Source: Macrostomum lignano
Lineage: Eukaryota
NCBI GenBank assembly: GCA_002269645.1
Contig: NIVC01003874.1
Coordinates: forward strand, 1-36,011
Reading direction: 5' to 3'
Length of the DNA: 36,011 nucleotides
Below, one piece after another: positions 32,840 through 36,011 of the stretch (positions within the stretch are counted from its first letter, which is position 1; each line of letters starts with the position of its first letter). The position numbers were made by a program, and so were the translations under genes. The notes under the pieces were generated by a model. The model searched no databases and was not told the origin of the DNA. It saw only the letters and a list, made by a program, of their open reading frames with translations.

Positions 32840-33485
32840 CATTGTACCAGCTTACTTTTTCGTATCTTGCAGATGCTCCAGTCTGTAAATCATTTCCCTC
32901 TTTAAAAATGTCCCTAATAAATCATGTAATTAGACTATTCCGGCTTCATTGGGAACAAGCTTACTTCGTAAAAGCAATTTTTACAGTTTTGTTGAAAACT
33001 GCCGCAGTATTTTTATTATAAACGAGTTATTATAATTACAGGTATGACATCTCTAAGCTAATAATATTTTTTTGCGTAATCTACTCTTTGCAACATTGTT
33101 AGACGCTGACCCGAAATCGGGCCATTCCCGTCGGCAACGGGTGTGCTGAGATGATGGTTGATTTGCCATAGACTTTTGCAAACGCGGGCCGTTCGCTTCG
33201 GGGCTGGCGGGATGACCCGAAATCGGGCCATCTATGTAGCTCGTTCAAAGACAGTGCTGATCGGTGAGCGCATCCACACCAGCTCCAGCTCCCGGTCATG
33301 GGTCCGAGCTCAGCAGCCGCTCTCAAATTGCGCCCCGACATCTCTGGCAGCTGAATCTAATTCTCGATACGTCTCAGAGCTTTCCCGTATTCTTAGTCCG
33401 TCAGAGCCGCCATTTTGGTGGCCTTCTGACTCAGTGGAGGTTCGCCACCGCCTGCAGCGTTTGTTTCGCAAGACCGGAATGGAAA

Positions 33486-34354
33486 TGTAGAGTGTTCTAC
33501 CTCCCGTTAAAAAAGGTTAAAAGAAGATAATCGTATAATGCTACTATAAGTAAGTAAGTACACGCATGTGCGCCTAAGCTTTGAATGAATCACGCTACCA
33601 GGAAAAGATGTTACCAAAATGATACGCCATGAGCCATTTTCCCCTTTTAGCGCAACACGTGGTTTGTAATGATGCTATTTTGGATCAAAAAGTTGCCTAT
33701 AAATACAAGCGGTCCGAAGCGGACCAGGAGCCAACTCCCGACGAGAGGAGAAGCTCCGAAGAGGAAGCCTTAGGAGGACTTCCTGATCACCAAGTCAATC
33801 GAGACTCGGTCGAGTTGTTGCGGTAAGCCTTCCTTATTTGCGCCCGTTGTGTTAGAGACGTCTCGCTCAAGTCTATTGAGACTTGAGTCTATTTGAGTCT
33901 GTTGAGACTCTTGAGTCTGTTTAGACTCCATTGGTTGCAGTCTCCAGAAGGACTGCCCCTGATAGATCTTAGAGGACTATCAGTGGTTTCCGGAGCCATA
34001 CCTAGAGTGCATAAAGGCACTGCTAGAAGAAGGAGGCTTAATTCAAACCGCTGTTCGGCGCAGGGTACCCATTGTTGATACGAGGCCTCTGATTGGTCCT
34101 GACTGAAGATACCGGCCGGAGGAACTTATCGGAAGTACAAGAGGAACCAGGACCAGAGCAACTGAAGAATCAAGGCGCCTGATCTACGAGATCACATAGA
34201 GACAAGCGAGATCTACTCGAAGACTACAGAAGAGATATCTCCAAGCGACGTCAACGTAAGAAGTACCTTTAATTGACTTACTGGGCTGCCTAGCTATTGA
34301 GCTAGAAGTGAGTGTTCTTTGATTACCATAAGTCGGGTAATAAGGGACACATCA
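33486..34354. mobile_element. Probable solo LTR, unit C copy
   Basis: Same insertion as 17576-18444 at offset +15910. Confidence 0.65.
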
Positions 34355-34919
34355 GAAACTTTCAGCTTCTCTACGCACTCGCTCCGCCGTGGTGGAGCGA
34401 CATCTGCTTTCAATGCTCGGAGATTGGCGCAGCTCGGCGATTTCGCGGGTACATCTCTGATGGCAGTGCCGGTAACCTAGCGAAGGTCAGAACCTAGCGG
34501 CTCTTCGGTCTATGTCTGCTGGCCTCGTTCATTTATACTCGCTGTCTTTCACGTTATGCTATAATAACAGTCTTCGTCACTTCGCCTAACCCTAAATAAC
34601 TTCTACTATTCGAAGTCAGCGTTTAGGATGAGTCTAGTAAATTGAGTTTATAAATTTCGTTAACGAATAGATACACTGTAACAGTTATTTAGATTGTTAT
34701 ACAGAAATCGTAATATTATTTTTTTAGTGAAATGCATCAGCTGATTAGTTTAACCGACAATACATGTATGGCCTTTTAAAAACTTCAGGTTCTGCAGCTA
34801 AAACAATCTAGTTACAAATTAACACCAAACTAGTGCATAAAAATTCTGCGTGTCTTTTGTTTTTCCAGCAAAACTTTGGTTCATCTATATTATTTGAAAA
34901 AAAGGGAACATCACGGCTT

Positions 34920-35282
34920 TTTTATTAGAAACAGGGGGGTTGTGTGCACCCTGGCGCACTTTAAGCGACATAGGCACACAACCGGCGAGAGGCATTACTG
35001 CCCATTCCGCCGACTCCCCTGAGCAGGCATACAAGCGCGCGGATACGTTACGCAGGCACACACTCACACAGGACTGTACAGCGGCCCTAACTTTATCAAT
35101 TGTTAGGCATGTACACTTCACTGCGCCTTGGGGGGTTGGCTCTCAAGGCCGTTAATTGCACAAGCGAGCCAAGCCGAAATTCCAATTCAGCCCCAAATTA
35201 ATGTGACTGCACTTGGAATCGAGCCTGGGTTGCTCTCACACCAGAGCCTGCGCTAGACCGCTGGACTACGCCCCCCCCCCCT
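34920..35282 (-). mobile_element. tRNA-derived SINE, unit C copy
   Basis: Same as 19010-19372, with TSDs at 34907-34919 and 35283-35295. Confidence 0.8.
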
Positions 35283-35529
35283 AACATCACGGCTTATAAA
35301 CTTCGATTATAAACAGGAAAATTTACCTGAAAACTAATTTTTCGAATTTTATAAAGAAATAAATACAGTCAAAGCCGCTGTACACTCCTGTGTGGGGGTC
35401 TGCTCGTGTGTATGCCTGCCCAGGGGAGTCGCTTAAGTGACAATGTCGCTTAAACGCCCAAAGTGCGCCAGGGTTGGATGCACGCAGCCTTTAAATTACC
35501 GTATGGTAAATTGTTGCTTCTAGACATCT

Positions 35530-35664
35530 TTTCATCTTCTTGCGATGCTTGTGCGGAAATCGTGGGTGATCTACCGACAGTCCGGTGACACAAAGACTTT
35601 TCTGCATTTTGAGGCTGGCAATAAAGAGTCTGGTGAAGGACACTGGGACCAGTGGGACAACTAA
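35530..35664 (+). mobile_element. Residual 3' part of the piggyBac fragment after a 780-bp deletion, unit C
   Basis: tttcatcttcttgcgatgcttgtgcgg...gggacaactaa matches 20396-20530. Confidence 0.8.
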
Positions 35665-36011
35665 GTGGGGCGTACAGTGGGCGGTGTGCGCCCTCGCGGC
35701 CGCCTGTGAGGGCAGTCGGTAAATATTTTTATTTACACTTTACAATGAAATATGATCTGATTTTTCAATGAGAAATGGTGATTTTTTACTCGTAATACTT
35801 TATATAGCCTTAATATGGACGATTTTTTTAATCCTAATCGAAGCCGCCCGGTGATCGCCGGCGGCCTATGAGGCGGCAACCTAAGTTTGGCGTGTTTCAT
35901 GTTCAAGGCAGCTTTATTTAATAGCACTGCCCTTTCAGCCTAGCGGGAGAACCGTTTTTTATCACAATAATAGGTGGTTACTCTTTACAATAAACGTTAG
36001 GGCTATATTTG

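Larger units (their letters stand above)
1..36011. repeat. Tandem segmental duplication, ~15.6-15.9 kb unit, ~2.3 copies
   Basis: Position 1 corresponds to 15636 and 31546. Gene ATGs at 171, 15806 and 31716 (spacing 15635 and 15910). The ORF track repeats at the same offsets. Confidence 0.97.

Overview
Eukaryotic genomic DNA, probably a non-arthropod invertebrate animal (GT-AG introns of 72-393 nt, CUB domains, TTAGGG-type repeats; species not identifiable from sequence alone). The window is about 2.3 copies of a tandem segmental duplication: unit A 1-15635, unit B 15636-31545, partial unit C 31546-36011. Each unit carries one minus-strand 13-exon gene, most of which the ORF track misses. My manual splice model gives 773 codons: signal peptide - CUB - CUB - four ~105-aa Cys-containing modules I do not recognise (two-exon, phase 1-0-1, arranged a-b-a-b) - one TM helix - 45-aa tail. 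Both complete copies share an in-frame TGA in exon 5 that is bypassed if exactly one module is skipped. The second complete copy also stops mid-TM. The rest of each unit is decayed mobile DNA: tyrosine-recombinase (DIRS/Crypton-like), piggyBac and DD34E Tc1 fragments, a tRNA-derived SINE family, a probable solo LTR, 225-bp inverted arms, and telomere-like and other simple repeats. Identity between units is patchy, with near-identical tracts next to diverged ones. There is no CRISPR array, rRNA or intact tRNA. All alignments and gene models were made by eye.
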